Source: Anthoceros angustus (Eukaryota > Plantae > Anthocerotophyta). From it: 64,000 nucleotides of DNA. A program made the position numbers and the translations under genes. Where the stretch lies: positions 1 to 64,000 of the forward strand of contig VJWM01000220.1 in NCBI GenBank assembly GCA_010909165.1. The letters run 5' to 3'. The notes under the pieces were generated by a model that saw only the letters and a program-made list of their open reading frames with translations, searched no databases and was not told the origin of the DNA. Shown here one piece after another: positions 48,873 to 62,800 of this stretch. Each line of letters begins with the position of its first letter. Positions within the stretch are counted from its first letter, which is position 1.

Positions 48873-51800
48873 TGTGAAGGCACATGGATTTCACGGAAGC
48901 GTAGAACAAAAGTGTATGAAATGAAAAGTGAACAACGACAATGTTTGAAGAGCATATAAAAGTAGTTATTAAAACTGAATCTAAGATGCCTATTCATATC
49001 ATAGTAACTTAAGTAATGATTAAAGTATAATCTTCAAACGTGCCCTAACTAGGGCTCTAATAGCCATAACTCTACACTCCCACTCACGCTTGAAGCAACA
49101 TGAATGAGACTAACAATCTAACACGTCCAGTTCACTCTTGATAAGAACATAAATGTATAGCAAGTTAGCGTATGCGTAAGAGCTCCCACTTAAGATGAAC
49201 CATTTGATAAGTCCACAAGGCCTAAAGCAGAGAAATCTGGTGTGGCCTTGGATAAACCTTTGTAAATATATCCTCACGGTTCTCCTCGTTGGGATGTACT
49301 CAATAGTTACCGATGCTCGGAGACTAGCCGTCTAATAAAATGATGATAAACGCCATATGCTTAGTCCGAGCATGGTACTTGGCATTCTTGGTTAAAGCTA
49401 TTGTCACATATTGTCGCAATGCAACAAGGTAGGTGAGTCCCGAGCTTGATCCATCTCCGCTAATAAGGACCTTCCTAGCAATGTTCCTTGCCCGCAAGTG
49501 TTAAGGAAGCATACTCACTCTCAGTTGAGCTAAGAGACACACTCAGTAGAGAGTCCCAATGTCCTTCATCTTGTACTTGGAACTAAGAGTGGTCTTCACT
49601 GTTGATAATAACTCCTGGCTATTAGTAGCAATTATGATGTCGTCCACATATAAAGCAATAATAACCAGCTTTCCATCTTTATGAGAAATATACATTCTCA
49701 TAATTACAACGAACAAAGCCAATCTCGATAAGGGTACCATCAATATCAACATACCACTTCAAAGGAGATTGCTTGAGTCCATAAATACACCTTAAGAGTC
49801 TACAAACTAAGTCCTTTGTTTTAGGATCTATAAACCCTTCGGGTTGTTCCATGTAAATTAGCTCCTCTAATTTACCATATAGAAAAGCAGTTGTAACATC
49901 CATTTGTTGTAAGTCTAAATCTAACTCAACTGCTAATGCTAACAAGTATCTTATAGTCTGCAACTTAACTACAGGCGAAAATGTTTCATGATAATCAACA
50001 CCCGGAACTTGGCTATATCCCTTTGCACACAAACGTGCCTTGTAACGTTCTACACTACCATCTGCTTTCAATTTAATGCGAAACACCCACTTACATTGTA
50101 TAGGCTTTCTACCATAAGGAAGCTTAACTAATTCCCAAGTATTATTTTCTATTAAACTATTATACTCGGACTGAATAGCTGCCTCCCACTTCTCCTTGTC
50201 AGGTCCAGACAAAGCCTCTTCACGTGTAGCAGGTTCAATAAGATCTGTGGCTGCTATGTAAGCTTGGACTAAAGAGGCATGTCCAGAAGTTAAAATATTG
50301 ACATCTAAACTAGGATCATTTTCTGAATTAGGTAAAGGCAACTAAAGAATTATTGTTTTGGGTGTTTGAAATGGGTGGTGCAAAACAGAGCAAACGGGCT
50401 CCAGGATGCTTGGGGCACATATTCTGTGCAAGGAGGAGGTCGCGTGACGGATGTGCGCCAGTGCACGCGAGGAGGCGCTTCCCTCCCTAGGTCTTTGTGT
50501 GTGCACCTTCAAGGTGATACTGGCTCAAGCCAGCTGGTGGTCTGCACGCAGGATCGGCGCGCAGCAGCGCTGAAGATGCTCGTGCATCCGACCAGCTGAA
50601 TTCCCGATGTCTTGGCCAAATCGTGAGGATCAGCGCTGCGGATGTGTGGGATTAAGCTGCGTGCGGCGGATTAGGCGAGGTGCTGGTTGAGCAGCTGGCA
50701 GGCCGGGAGGTCCGGGATCCGAGGAGGTGCGGGCCGTGCATGTGGAGTGGGTATCGAATGGGCGGCCCTTGTGCGGTGTGTGCGGTGCGCTCCCATGATC
50801 CTCGGACTCCCACTCAAGCCTGTTGGTCGAATCGCTCCCACTCACATCTCGCAAGGTCGAATCCAAAGGAATTGCAACCTTGCTGGATCTTCGGGCGTTG
50901 CGGGATGGTCCATTTCTCTCCCTCTGCGGCTCCACGTGCTCGTCAATAATCACACTCCTTGAATAAGTGACCACGAGTCTCGGGTTCACCAGCTTATATC
51001 CCTTGAGTCCTTCAAGATAGCCCACAAACAAAGATCTTGCTGGCCTTGTCGCCAAGCTTCCGAAGTTAAAATATTGACATCTAAACTAGGATCATTTTCT
51101 AAATTAGGTAAAGGCAACTAAAGAATTATTGTTTTGGGTGTTTGAAATGGGTGGTGCAAAACAGAGCAAACGGGCTCCGAGGATGGATTGGGGCACATAT
51201 TCGTGTGCAAGGAGGAGGTCGCGTGACGGATGCGCCAGTGCGGCCGCGAGGGCGCTTCCCTCCCTAGGTCTTGTGTGCACCTTCAAGGTGATACTGGCTC
51301 AAGCCAAGCTGAGTGTGCGCGTCCCTTGGAGCGGCGCTGCAGCGCTGAGGAAGATGCTCGTGCATCCGACCAGCTGAATTCCCGATGTCATCGTGAGGAT
51401 CAGCCGCTGCGGATGTGTGGGATTAAGCGCTGCAGTGCGGATTGTAAAGGTCTGGTTGAGCAGGTGGTGCAGGAGTCAGGGATCGAGGAGGTGCGGGCCG
51501 TGCATGTGGAGTGGGTATGAATGGCCGGCCTTGTGCGGTGTGTGCGGTGTGCGCTCCCATGATCCTCGGACTCCCACTCGGGCACTGGTCATCGCTCCCA
51601 CTCACATGCAAGGTCGAATCCAAAGGAATTGCAACCTTGCAGATCTGCTAGTTCGAGACGTTGCGGGATGGTCCATTTCTCTCCCTCTGCGTATCAGATT
51701 GCTAAATCAATAATCACACTCCTTGAATAAGTGACCACCGAGTCTCGGGTTCACCGCTTATATCCCTTGAGTCCTTCAAGATATAGCCCACAGCATCTTG

Positions 51801-54440
51801 CTGGCCTTGTCGTCAAGCTTGGAAGTTGTTTGGGAATGTGTGCATATGCAGTGCCTTGAAAATACGAAGATGCAGCATTGGGTTTCTGACGACCAGCCCT
51901 CATAAGGAGTGACACCAATGCAGGTTGGAAGTCGGTTCTTGATGTAAGTCGCCGTTGAAAATAGCTTCACAATATTTGTGAGATGTCTGTTCAGATGGCT
52001 CGAGCGGCTTCAACAAGCCATTGATGATGCTCGGCCCGTTTGAGCTTGAGAATAAGGTACACTTCTGCATGATTATGCCTCGAGTTGCACAGATGTGCAA
52101 AGGCACCAGCTACGAACTCCCCTCCACCATCTCAGACGCACTTTTCAGCTTGACATTAAGTTGTCGTACCATGTTAATATACTCAAGAAATGTCTGCACT
52201 TATGCCGTAGAAAATATGTGTGAGTCATTCGGTGGCGTCGCCCACAATAGGCATGAAATAAAGGGGTGATTAAAAGAAGCAATCGGCATAGGACCACATA
52301 GGTCTGTGGACCGATTCTAATGGATGTTGCTCGTGTTGCAGGACCAAGAGGATAGGGGCTACACGGCTCTTGGCATACACACATGATTCACAAAATGGCA
52401 AAGGAGACAAGGGTAGGGATTCGAGCATTGCTTTTGGTGAGAGTTACCAACTTACGTGAGTTAACATGTGCTAGCCTATGGTGCCATAGCGCAGTTGCTT
52501 AGGCTGAGTTAAATTGGCAATGTTAGTTGGGGTGTTGACAGATCTATCCTGTATGGGTCATTGAAGGTCGACCAATGCAGACATGACACACTAGGAGGAC
52601 TAATCGTGTCTGGATCATGCAGTGTCTCCAAAGAAATGAACGTTGTACTCATTTGATATTGTAAGTCTACGAATCAAACTAAGTTCTTTGACATTTGTGG
52701 GACATGGTAAACATCCTCTAACTCGCCTCCTCGAGGACAACAAGAAGGCTCTTCCTTGTACTCAAGGCCACTATCATCACCAGCAATATGAAACCACCTG
52801 TTCACAAGGATGGTAAAGAAGAAGGACCTTGTGTGGCAAATATGAGATGAAGCACCACTATCAATGTACCATGTGGGTATCATTCTTGGAGGTAACCAAA
52901 TATACCTAAGAGTACTTGTGATTTTTTGCAATGTTTGTTGAAGGTGGTAATCCTCTCCTAGGCTCTCCAAATTTTTCTTACACTCTTTTTCGTAATGGTT
53001 TTCTACTTGGCACCAATGGGAGGCTCCTTTCCTCCTTGGTGCTGATGATAAAGATGGCCTGTTGTTGTAAGGAGGACGGCCTCGTCTGTCCTCGCCCCTC
53101 CCTCCTCCCAACCACAAAGAGAGCTCGACCTTGGGGTCAGAGCATTTGATGCCACCGCCACGTGTGGCTTCTTCCTCTATGAGAGCCCCAATTACTCAAG
53201 TGGTGAAATCAACCTTGCCCCTTTTGGCTGCAAGTTGTGCTTGTTTTATGACTCCATTTTGTGTCGCCTTGAAGGTACGATAATCGAAGAGAACTCAGCA
53301 AGGCTATGGTCGCTGAGCCTCACCAACGTCCCACAAGATGCCAATCGAGCCCGTCTGCTCGAACTTCTTTATGTGTTCGAAACGTTCACTTTCACCCATC
53401 TGCATTTGGTAAAATGCCTTTGTTGCATTTATTACACTCATTGCATCTACGTCGTAGAGTTGGTTCAGTTGGTCCATCGTGGTCGCTTCTACAGCCCCAC
53501 GTGATGAGCAAAGTGGTCCTATCAAGTCCAGATAAGATCACATTTCTTGCTTTTCTATCGGTCTTCTCCCATGCCGCTAAACTACCGATGTCTTTGGATT
53601 TGTTCCTCGCTGTGAGTTTGGGATAAGTGCCATCAATGACATCCATGGGTCATTGTCCTCAAGAATGGATCGCATACATGGACCAAATGTCGTAATCGAT
53701 CCCGAGAATCATCTTTTCCTTAAAATCAATCTTAATTGTATTGTTGATTGTTGTTGTGGAGTTATTTGTCGAGGCCATGTTTGAGGGTGGAGTAACATTT
53801 GTTGGAGGATATTTGATGTGTTTTGTACGTGTGGGTGACCACATCCGTGATTTCTAACCAAATCCTAATCGGACTCTAGACCCGACAACTCACTAACAAG
53901 ATTGGACAACATGTTATCCATACATCGGATATTTGGTAAATTCCATCCTGTAGCTATTTTGACCTTTCTATTACGCCTTATGATTCAACCTTAAAAGTTG
54001 TGAGACCTTTGATCTAAATAGTGTAATGCCCTCGAGTTGGTTATTTCGATTGCCTTTGAGTGATCAACTTAATCAAGTTGGATGTCGCTAGACGGTGACA
54101 CTTCTCAAAGTTTTGAAGAAAAGCCCAAATGGACAGGATTCTATGGCCTCTATCCGTAATTCAAAGGCTCGTGGATTGATAACTAGTTTGTCTAGTCGAT
54201 GGTGGATTCCAATCTTGGAATACATCCGCAATGTCTAGGTGTAGGTCTGTAAATTTGTTGTACCCGATGAGGGTTTTTCTGATGGTAGGTAATCTTCAAT
54301 TATGTGCCCGTAAATTCTACCGTGCCATTGCTAGCTAGCATTTGAACAACATGCTACAAATTGACATCGAGATTGTATGGCTCGATACCATGTGAAGGCA
54401 CATGGATTTCACGGAAGCGTGAACAAAAGTGTATGAACTG
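48873..54440 (-). mobile_element. Ty1/copia element C, copy 2, with internal about 770-bp tandem duplication
   Basis: 3' LTR 48873-49076; PBS 54379-54390; LTR remnant 54391-54440; 220-aa RT ORF 49679-50341 (YKARLCAKGYSQ, QMDVTTAFLYG, YGLKQSP); protease WYIDSGASSH. Confidence 0.95.
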
Positions 54441-54899
54441 GCCAGCCAGACCGCAAATTTTTGTCACACATCTAGCTAATGTTTAACGCTGAAATTCGAG
54501 ACATTTGTAGGTAGTACCCGGTAGGCTACACCGAAACTGTTCCGGAGTTACATCGGTAGTTGCCAACGAGGTTATCTACAGCCCTCTACACGCCACCGCT
54601 TCCCCTGCAAAGCACCAAAGGATTGCAAAGGCCTTGAACTCAAGCAAGAGGCCACAATCAGCGCTTCAGCTCCATTCGCCACTTTACAAAGCCCTTCCCG
54701 AGTGTACCCTGCAATAGAGACCTCCATGTCACCACATCCTTCATGCACGACCCCGTGGCTGCATCTTCCATTTCACGATTTGGCATACGAGGCGATTCGA
54801 ACCACTATTTTCCCTTGCACTCTTTCCACAAGATGTGAGTGCAGCGCCCGCCCACCTACGCTAGAGTGCATGCACGGACCTTCGACGGCAAGCTCATGT
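54441..54899 (-). pseudogene. PPR relic (duplicate of 15430-15889; continues at 61475-61610)
   Basis: Sequence match to 15430-15889; the continuation reads LVDMYAKFGELE on the minus strand near 61575-61607. Confidence 0.72.
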
Positions 54900-57800
54900 T
54901 GTGTGGCCGGTTACGTTTCGTGAAGCTCGTTTCTCCTTTTGTTTAGGGACGCTATATGAGCAGACGTGACTCTTCGCTCGCTCTTGTGTAATGCCTTTTC
55001 AGCTCATAATGAAACACACTACTCGTTGTTCTTCTCTGTGTCGTGTGTCCGGTCTAGATCGCTTTGGTTCATGGTATCAGAGCATACATCCTAGAGCATG
55101 CCAGGAATACATTACAAGACTGGACAGACTCTGACTCTGTGCCAGTTATACAAAAAACTCAATGGATAGAACACAAAAATTCTGTCCGGAATGCTCTGAG
55201 AAATTCAGACATTCTACTCAACATAGAAAATGGAAATGCAGACATTCTAGTCAACATTGACCATAAACTTCCAAACATAAACATCTTGGTGATCTAGCCC
55301 AATGGCTAATCAACCACAGCCCGTTTCTAGGGCATATTAGATTGATAAGCTAACTAGTGTCAATTATCACACATGGGCAGGGCTAGAAATGCTCTTATTA
55401 AGAAATTCACTATATGTAGGCTCTGAAGCACTGACCAGCAGCAGTCATGCTGACCTACCGCTTGGCAACTCAAAGATGCACAAGCCATCCGACATACTCC
55501 CGCATGTAGGAGATAGATTAATCCCTATAATCAAGAGACTAACCACATCAAAACAAATGTGGGATAAACGCATCTACCTATGTAGAAAGCAAGATGGCCT
55601 TTAAGTTGCACGCCCAGAACAACTATCATCCCTAAAATTGGCGGAAGGAAATTGTCCTAGATTTTCTAGAGACATGGCAAGGGTCCTTAGATTCTTGCAT
55701 ATCCTCGTGTCTAACACTAGATGATGAAACACAAGTGATGCACCTTTTGAGAGCATTACCTCCTTCGTGGGAAACTTCATCATCAAACCAGAGTAGTGTA
55801 ATAGCTAATAATCCTTTAACCTTAACTACACTCATCAGGAGGATTATGCATGAGACTATCGAGACAAGGTAACACTATTTTCCAAAGACTCGAATACTAC
55901 TCCTCTCTTTGCAAGTGGTAGGAAACTGAATCAAACTAGTAAACCCTCTTCTACTTGGAGGAACTCACCGTCCTCCTCCTAATAATCCTGCGCATAAGAA
56001 CAAGACATGTCACTATTGTCAAAAACTAGGTCACATAGCACCGAATGTAGGAAAAGAAACGGACAAAGCCGCAGGATTCACAACCCTAATTCAGCACCAG
56101 CCTCGATTAACACCGCACAAGCCGGACAAGACCCTTCCACGCCTTCACCGCCTCGCTGGAAACTTGGATTCTAAACATCCTTCTCAAGACCTGTGGCTCC
56201 TGGGAGCAACAGAGCACATGTCACCTAGGAGGGATTGGTTTTCCAAGATACCTCTTTGCCTCCTCAACTGTCTACATGGGAGATAGCTCACACATGGGCT
56301 GCTAGAAATGCTCTTATTAAGAAATTTATGGCGTAGTAATGCTCAAGACACCAGCAGCAGGTCATGCTGACCTACCGCTTGGCAACTCAAAGATGCACAA
56401 GCCTGCTCCGACATACTCCCGCATGTAGGAGATAGATTAATCCCTATAATCAAAAGACTAACCACATCAAAACAAATGTGGGATAAAATCTACCTATGTA
56501 GAAAGCAAGATGGCCTTTAAGTTGCACGCCCAGAACAATTATCATCATCCCTAAAATTGGAAGGAAATTCAGTCCTAGATTTTCTAGAGACATGGCAAGG
56601 GTCCTTAGATTCTTGCATATCCTCGTGTCTAACACTAGATGATGAAACACAAGTGATGCACCTTTTGAGAGCATTACCTCCTTCGTGGGAAACTTCATCA
56701 TCAAACCAGAGTAGTGTAATAGCTAATAATCCTTTAACCTTAACTACACTCATCAGGAGGATTATGCATGAGACTATCGAGACAAGGTAACACTATTTCC
56801 AAAGACTCGAATACTACTCCTCTCTTTGCAAGTGGTAGGAAACTGGAATCAAACTAGTAAACCCTCTTCTACTTGGAGGAACTCACCGTCCTCCTCCTAA
56901 TAATCCTGCGCATAAGAACAAGACATGTCACTATTGTCAAAAACTAGGTCACATAGCACCGAATGTAGGAAAAAAACGGACAAAGCCGCAGGATTCACAA
57001 CCCTAATTCAGCACCAGCCTCGCTTAACACCGCAAAGCCGGACAAGACCCTTCCCTCGCTCTGCTGAAACTTGGATTCTAAACATCCTTCTCAAGACCTG
57101 TGGCTCCTGGGAGCAACAGAGCACATGTCACCTAGGAGGGATTGGTTTTCCAAGATACCTCTTTGCCTCCTCAACTGTCTACATGGGAGATAGCTCACAC
57201 ATGGCTGTTGGTAAGGAGTGGTAAAAGTGCAGCTTCAAAATCATGTAGCCTTCATAAAGAGGCGTCCCGCCGCTCCGCCGACACACAACAACTTGATTCA
57301 AGCTACTAGATCTCCAAACAGCAAGATTACCTTCACACATAAAGGTTGTCGATCTCCTTTAGACTCGCCTCCGGTTAGTGCAATTATTTTATCCTCAAAG
57401 TGGCAAGTTGTTTTATGTGGCTTGGGCATCCCGCCCGAGTCACTAGGTTCAACAACCACCACACACGCTTAGTAACTAGATGCTACAACTACCTTATGGC
57501 ACTTACGCTTAGCCCACTTACATCTGCAGGCATGCGGATGTCCACAAAAATCTGGTTTTAGGGTTACCTCCTAAGTTAGGAGCTTTACCTCTATGTCCCG
57601 GGTCGTAGGCAAGCACGCCACCTTATCCAAGATCCCATACCAAAACATCCCGTGTCCTTGAGTTGGTACATGCGACCTTTGCGGACCGATGCGCAACTTT
57701 GTCGTGCAATTATACATGTTTGTCTTGCTAGATGATTTCACCATCGACACACCTTTATTTCCTCAAATACAAACCCGAGGCATTTCCCTTCAAGACATTC

Positions 57801-60800
57801 CAAGCTTATGCGAGAACCATCGACGTAAGATCAAGATTTTCATCGACAATGCGAGAACTTACCACACCAATTTTTGAGGGACATCTCCTCTCACACGGAT
57901 CCAACACCAAAGATCGTCCCATATTCACACCAACAATTGGGAAAGGCTGAGCCCATCGCTCCATTATGGACGGTGTCCAGCTCTACACCGCTAGCCTCCC
58001 AAATTATCTGTAGGCAGGCTGCTTGCTTTGCTATGTTCAAAATCTGTGGCACTTCCACGTGAAGACAAGACACCTTATGAAATGGAAGGCGGAAACCGAC
58101 GTCACCATCTTAGGATTTTTGGTCAGCCTACAAATATGTTCCGAATTTGCAAGAAATTGGACCCTCGATCCATCCCACTTATCTTTGTCGGATATGGAGA
58201 AGACGCTGTGTGAAAGGTTACCGGCTCTACAATCGCCACAACGCTTTTACTGGCTGTGAATGTCATCTTTGATGAAGCTTCTATTCAACGCTCCTCCTCG
58301 GGATCCTTCACGCAGCCAGTGATGACCACTCCTTCCTACTACCACCTATGCGGACGACGTCTTTCAACCGCCTCCCATTCCGTGCCCCCCACCCAGCAAT
58401 CCCTAACTTAGCGGCCGCCTTTACCACCCCTTCCCGCTCCCCCTCGATCCCTTACAACGGATGGCTTTACCACAAGATCCCGCCCGAGTCACTAGGTTCA
58501 ACAACCACCACACGCTTAGTAACTAGATGCTACAACTACCTTATGGCACTTACGCTTAGCCCACTTACATCCGCAGGCATGCGGATGTCCACAAAAATCT
58601 GGTTTTAGGGTTACCTCCTAAGTTAGGAGCTTTACCTCTATGTCCCGTAGTCGTAGGCAAGCATGATGACCTTATCCAAGATCCCATACCAAAACATCCC
58701 GTGTCCTTGAGTTGGTACATGCGACCTTTGCGGACCGATGCGCAACTTTGTCGTGCAATTATACATGTTTGTCTTGCTAGATGATTTCGATCCATGGACA
58801 CACCTTTATTTCCTCAATACAAACCCGAGGCATTTCCTGCTTCAAGACATTCCAAGCTTATGCGAGAACCATCGGATGTAAGATCAAGATTTTCATCGAC
58901 AATGCGGGAGAACTTACCACACCAATTTTTGAGGGACATCTCCTCTCACACGGATCCAACACCAAAGATCGTCCCATATTCACCAACAATTGGGAAAGGC
59001 GAGTGCCCATCGCTCCATAATGGACGGTGTCCAGCTCTCACCTGCTAGCCTCCCAAATTATCTCGTGGCAGCTGCCTTGCGTTTGCTATGTTCAAAATCG
59101 TTGGCACTTCCACATTGAAGACAAGACACCTTATGAAATCCGGAAGAAACCGAGCGTCACCATCTTAGGATTTTTGGCTGCACCTACAAATATGTTCCTG
59201 CAAGAAATTGGACCCTCGATCCATCCCACTTACCTTTGTCGGATATGGCGGGTGTGAAAGGTTACCGGCTCTACAATCGCCACGAGCTTTTCGTTAGCTG
59301 TGAATGTCATCTTTGATGAAGCTTCCTCAAACGCTCCTCCTCGGGATCCTTCACGCGGTGCGATGACACCGCTCCTTCCTGTTACCACCTATGTGGACGA
59401 CGTCTTTCAACCGCCTCCCATTCCGGTCCCCACCCCGGCAATCCCTAACCCTGCGCTCCTTTACCACCCCTTCCCAGCTCCCCCTCCGACCCTTACCGGT
59501 GGCTTTACCACAAAGATCCCTTTCTGCCACAGGGGAATAGGACCAGATCCCATGTTCCCGAGCATGATGGATTTCAAGGACCGGATCCTAATGTTGCTGA
59601 GCCGATGGACTTCCATCTTGACAACACAACACGACGCCTACCCAAAGCAGAGGATTCCAAGTGTAAAATTTCATGATCTCTCCTTTGACAAATCCCAAGG
59701 CCTTTCGCACATGCTCTCTTTAGTGCCGACATTGTTCCTAAGGAAGCACTAAAGGACCCGAATCCAACTCCTGAAAGCAGACAGTGAATATCAATCCTTG
59801 GTTTCTAACAACATGGACCTTGGTTGATCCACGAAAGACAAAACATCGTGGGCAGCAAATGGGTCTTGAGAAAGAAGCACAACGCAGATGGCTCTCGCCG
59901 TTCAAGGCCGACTATAGCAAGAGGATTCACACAAAGAGTGGAGTCGACTACTCAATCCAGATCTTCAGCCCGGTAGTTAAACTCACCTCTCTTCGTGTGA
60001 TGATAGCCCTAGCTGCTCTATATGGTCTCGCTATACATCGCTTAGATGTGGAGACCGCGTTTCTTCATGGATTTTAAAAGAAGAAATCTACGTTCAAGCC
60101 TCCCGGATATGAAGTAAAGGCCAAGAGTCCAAGGTGTGCCTTCTTGAAAACACTCTATGGATCAAGCGATCTCAGGAAATGATACGAGCATCTACTTGGT
60201 ATTTACTCAGCTGGGTTATGTTAAAAATCTGTGGACTCTAGCGTCTTCACAAGAAATAGGGGCAACAGATGCTTATGATGGGTCTCTATGTAGATGACCT
60301 CATCATGGTTTCAAATGATGAAAAGTATTTAGCGGAGTGCAAATCTGCTCTTGGAAAGAGTTCAAAATGACTGATAATGGGAGTATGTCATATTGTCTTG
60401 GTATTCAGGTCGTTCAGAATTCGTCTAGTCATACTATCACCTTGCATCAGGATACGTATGTTTCTAACTTACTGACCAAGTATGAAATGTCTAGCTGCAA
60501 ACCTGTAGACACACCCATGCAAACAGGCCCAAGACTAAGTAAGACTATGTCACCTCAAGTAGATGATGAAGCTGCTGAGATGCAATCAGTTCCGTATGCA
60601 GGCGTAGTAGGCAGTGTTCAGCATTTAGCTCAATACACTAGACCAGATATAGCGTGTCCTAATGGCCACGTTTCTCAGTTCCTGTCCAATCCTGGAAAGT
60701 TACATTGGGTAGCAGCTAAAAGAATCCTTAGATATCTTCAGCGAACGAGAACCCGTGGAATTCAGTACAAAGGAGGTCCTGATGCTGCAACCAAGCTTAT

Positions 60801-61474
60801 AGGTTGGACTGATGCAGACTATGCAGGCGATCCTCACTCTAGAAAATCCACAAGTGGTTACGTGTTCATGCTTGCAGGGGCCTGTGAGCTGGAAGTCGAA
60901 GAAACAAACCTCGATTGCACAGAGTTCAGCTGAATCTGAATATATTGCTGCTGCCTCAGCCGCCAAGGAAGGACTATGGATCGTTCAGCTACTTCGAGAC
61001 CTTGGTTACCCACAAGAAGGCCCTTTGGAATTAATGTGTGATAATACAGCTACCATTGCTCTCTCAAAAGATCTGAGGTTTCATGAGCGATCAAAACACA
61101 TAGAAGTAAGATATCATTTCCTCCGTCTCAAGGTGGACTTAGGAGCGCTAGTGTTGACGTACGTATCCACTGAAGACCAGCTAGCCGACATTCTCACCAA
61201 GCCTTTGGGGAAGATTAAACATGAGAGCTTCTGTTCAAGATTGGGACTCGTTGATTTGTGATACACTGCTGTTTTAGATCATCTCGCTTCAAGGTGTGTG
61301 AAACTGGTTACGTTTTACGTGAAGCTCGTTTCTCCTTTTGTTTAGGGACGCTATATGAACAGACGTGACTCTTCGTTCTGCTCTTGTGTAATGCCTTTTC
61401 AGGCTCATAATGAAACACACTACTCGTTGTTCTTCTCTGTGTGTCGTGTGTCTGGTCTAGATCGCTTTGGTTCA
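54900..61474 (+). mobile_element. Ty1/copia element D, copy 2, with two internal tandem duplications (gag-protease, integrase)
   Basis: LTRs 54900-55071 and 61295-61474; perfect PBS tggtatcagagc 55072-55083; TSD catgt (54895-54899 / 61475-61479); RT/RNase H ORFs 60337-61261. Confidence 0.97.
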
Positions 61475-61611
61475 CATGTAACATGGTCAGCCACAATTAG
61501 GCCCCTCCCGGTCCACTTGCCCATACACAACAAGCGCCTTTTGCCTCCAGTTCTCCATCATTGGGCATTACTCCAGTTCTCCGAATTTTGCATACATGTC
61601 CACCAGGCAGG

Positions 61612-62070
61612 TGCCCTTCTGAAGGTCTGTGCATGCACTGGTGCGTTACATCTTTGGAACGAGGACTGCAAGATAAAATACTGGTTGGTAACCGCCTCGT
61701 GAACAGGTGTGCCAAATTCGACGAAATGGAAGATGCACGCGGGGTTTTGACACTGCTTGGGCATGGAAGGACATGTAGAGCTCTTATTGCAGGTAGATGT
61801 GCTGTAAAAGCAGCTGGCTGGCCAGTCTGCAGGCACGCGAGAGTGTCAACACTAGCAACTGGCTTTGCACATTCAAGGCAAGCTCCTACAAACAGCTCTT
61901 CATTCAAAGCCCAGAGACATGTCTGCAAAGAATTAATCGTGTGGATAACAAGCAAATGTGGCTACCGGCTTTGTTCGTGGGTACCTTGTTCAACCAGCTC
62001 CTCTCTAACAAAAACCGGTATGCACCCAGACTAGCTGGAGAGGAGGAGCATGCCTATACAAGACGAGGTG
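61612..62070 (+). pseudogene. PLS-PPR relic, inverted paralogue of the 54.4-54.9 kb relic
   Basis: ALLKVCACTGAL and GLQDKILVGNRLVNRCAKFDEMEDARGV match PLS-PPR motif consensus (LLKAC; VGNALVxMYAKCGxxEDARxVF). Confidence 0.78.
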
Positions 62071-62250
62071 AAAAATCTCTTGTCCCTCGTTGCTTAGCTC
62101 TCCTTCGCTTAGTCTTGGCCAGCTTACTTCTTAGTGTTGTCCTTACCTCTTCCCTTGCTGGTTTCGTCTAAGTTTTTCTGTGATGATGGCAGAGTTCAGC
62201 AGACAAAGCGGGTCCCAGGTTAGAAAATTGGGACAGCAGCAGTACCACTA

Positions 62251-62800
62251 CTATGCCACATACAAGGCCATTGATCCGGTGATGGGGTCTGTGCAAGTAG
62301 GGCAAGTAGGGTCTGGTCCCTGTGCCGCTGCATGCACGAGTAATGAAAGCAAGGTAAGACCACGGTGTTCCTGGCCTCCACAAAGCAGATCTTACACATA
62401 TTTTTCTCCTGCTCCGCCTCCAGGTCGGACGCAATTTGCTAACGCTCATTCCTAAGGTCAAGTGCAGCCGTTCGTTCAGAGGCTATATTCTCTCGCCTCC
62501 ATGCTTTGCAGCTCGGAAACAACTGTTGCATGCCTTGCCTCCTCTCTGCTGCGCGGCCCTCTCCCTTCCTCATTCTCCTTTTCCACTATCTGCGCCATGG
62601 CCATGGTGGAGGAGCCAGCTCATCAAGCTCCTCCAACTTCATCCCTGTACCTCGCCGCTCGCTTGCCAGGCTTCTGGTTTTCCGCCCTGCATGCAGAGCC
62701 TCGTGCAGAGAGACATCCTCCTGCACTCCGTGGCCCCTCCCTTGGGAATTCGCCCGTTAGTGGCATTGTCAATTTCACTGTCCCTCCTCCACATCCGATT
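62251..62800 (-). pseudogene. Coiled-coil + RING-HC family copy 8 (duplicate of copy 1)
   Basis: Near-identical to 22376-22960, including the shortened RING (PCFHYSC). Confidence 0.85.
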
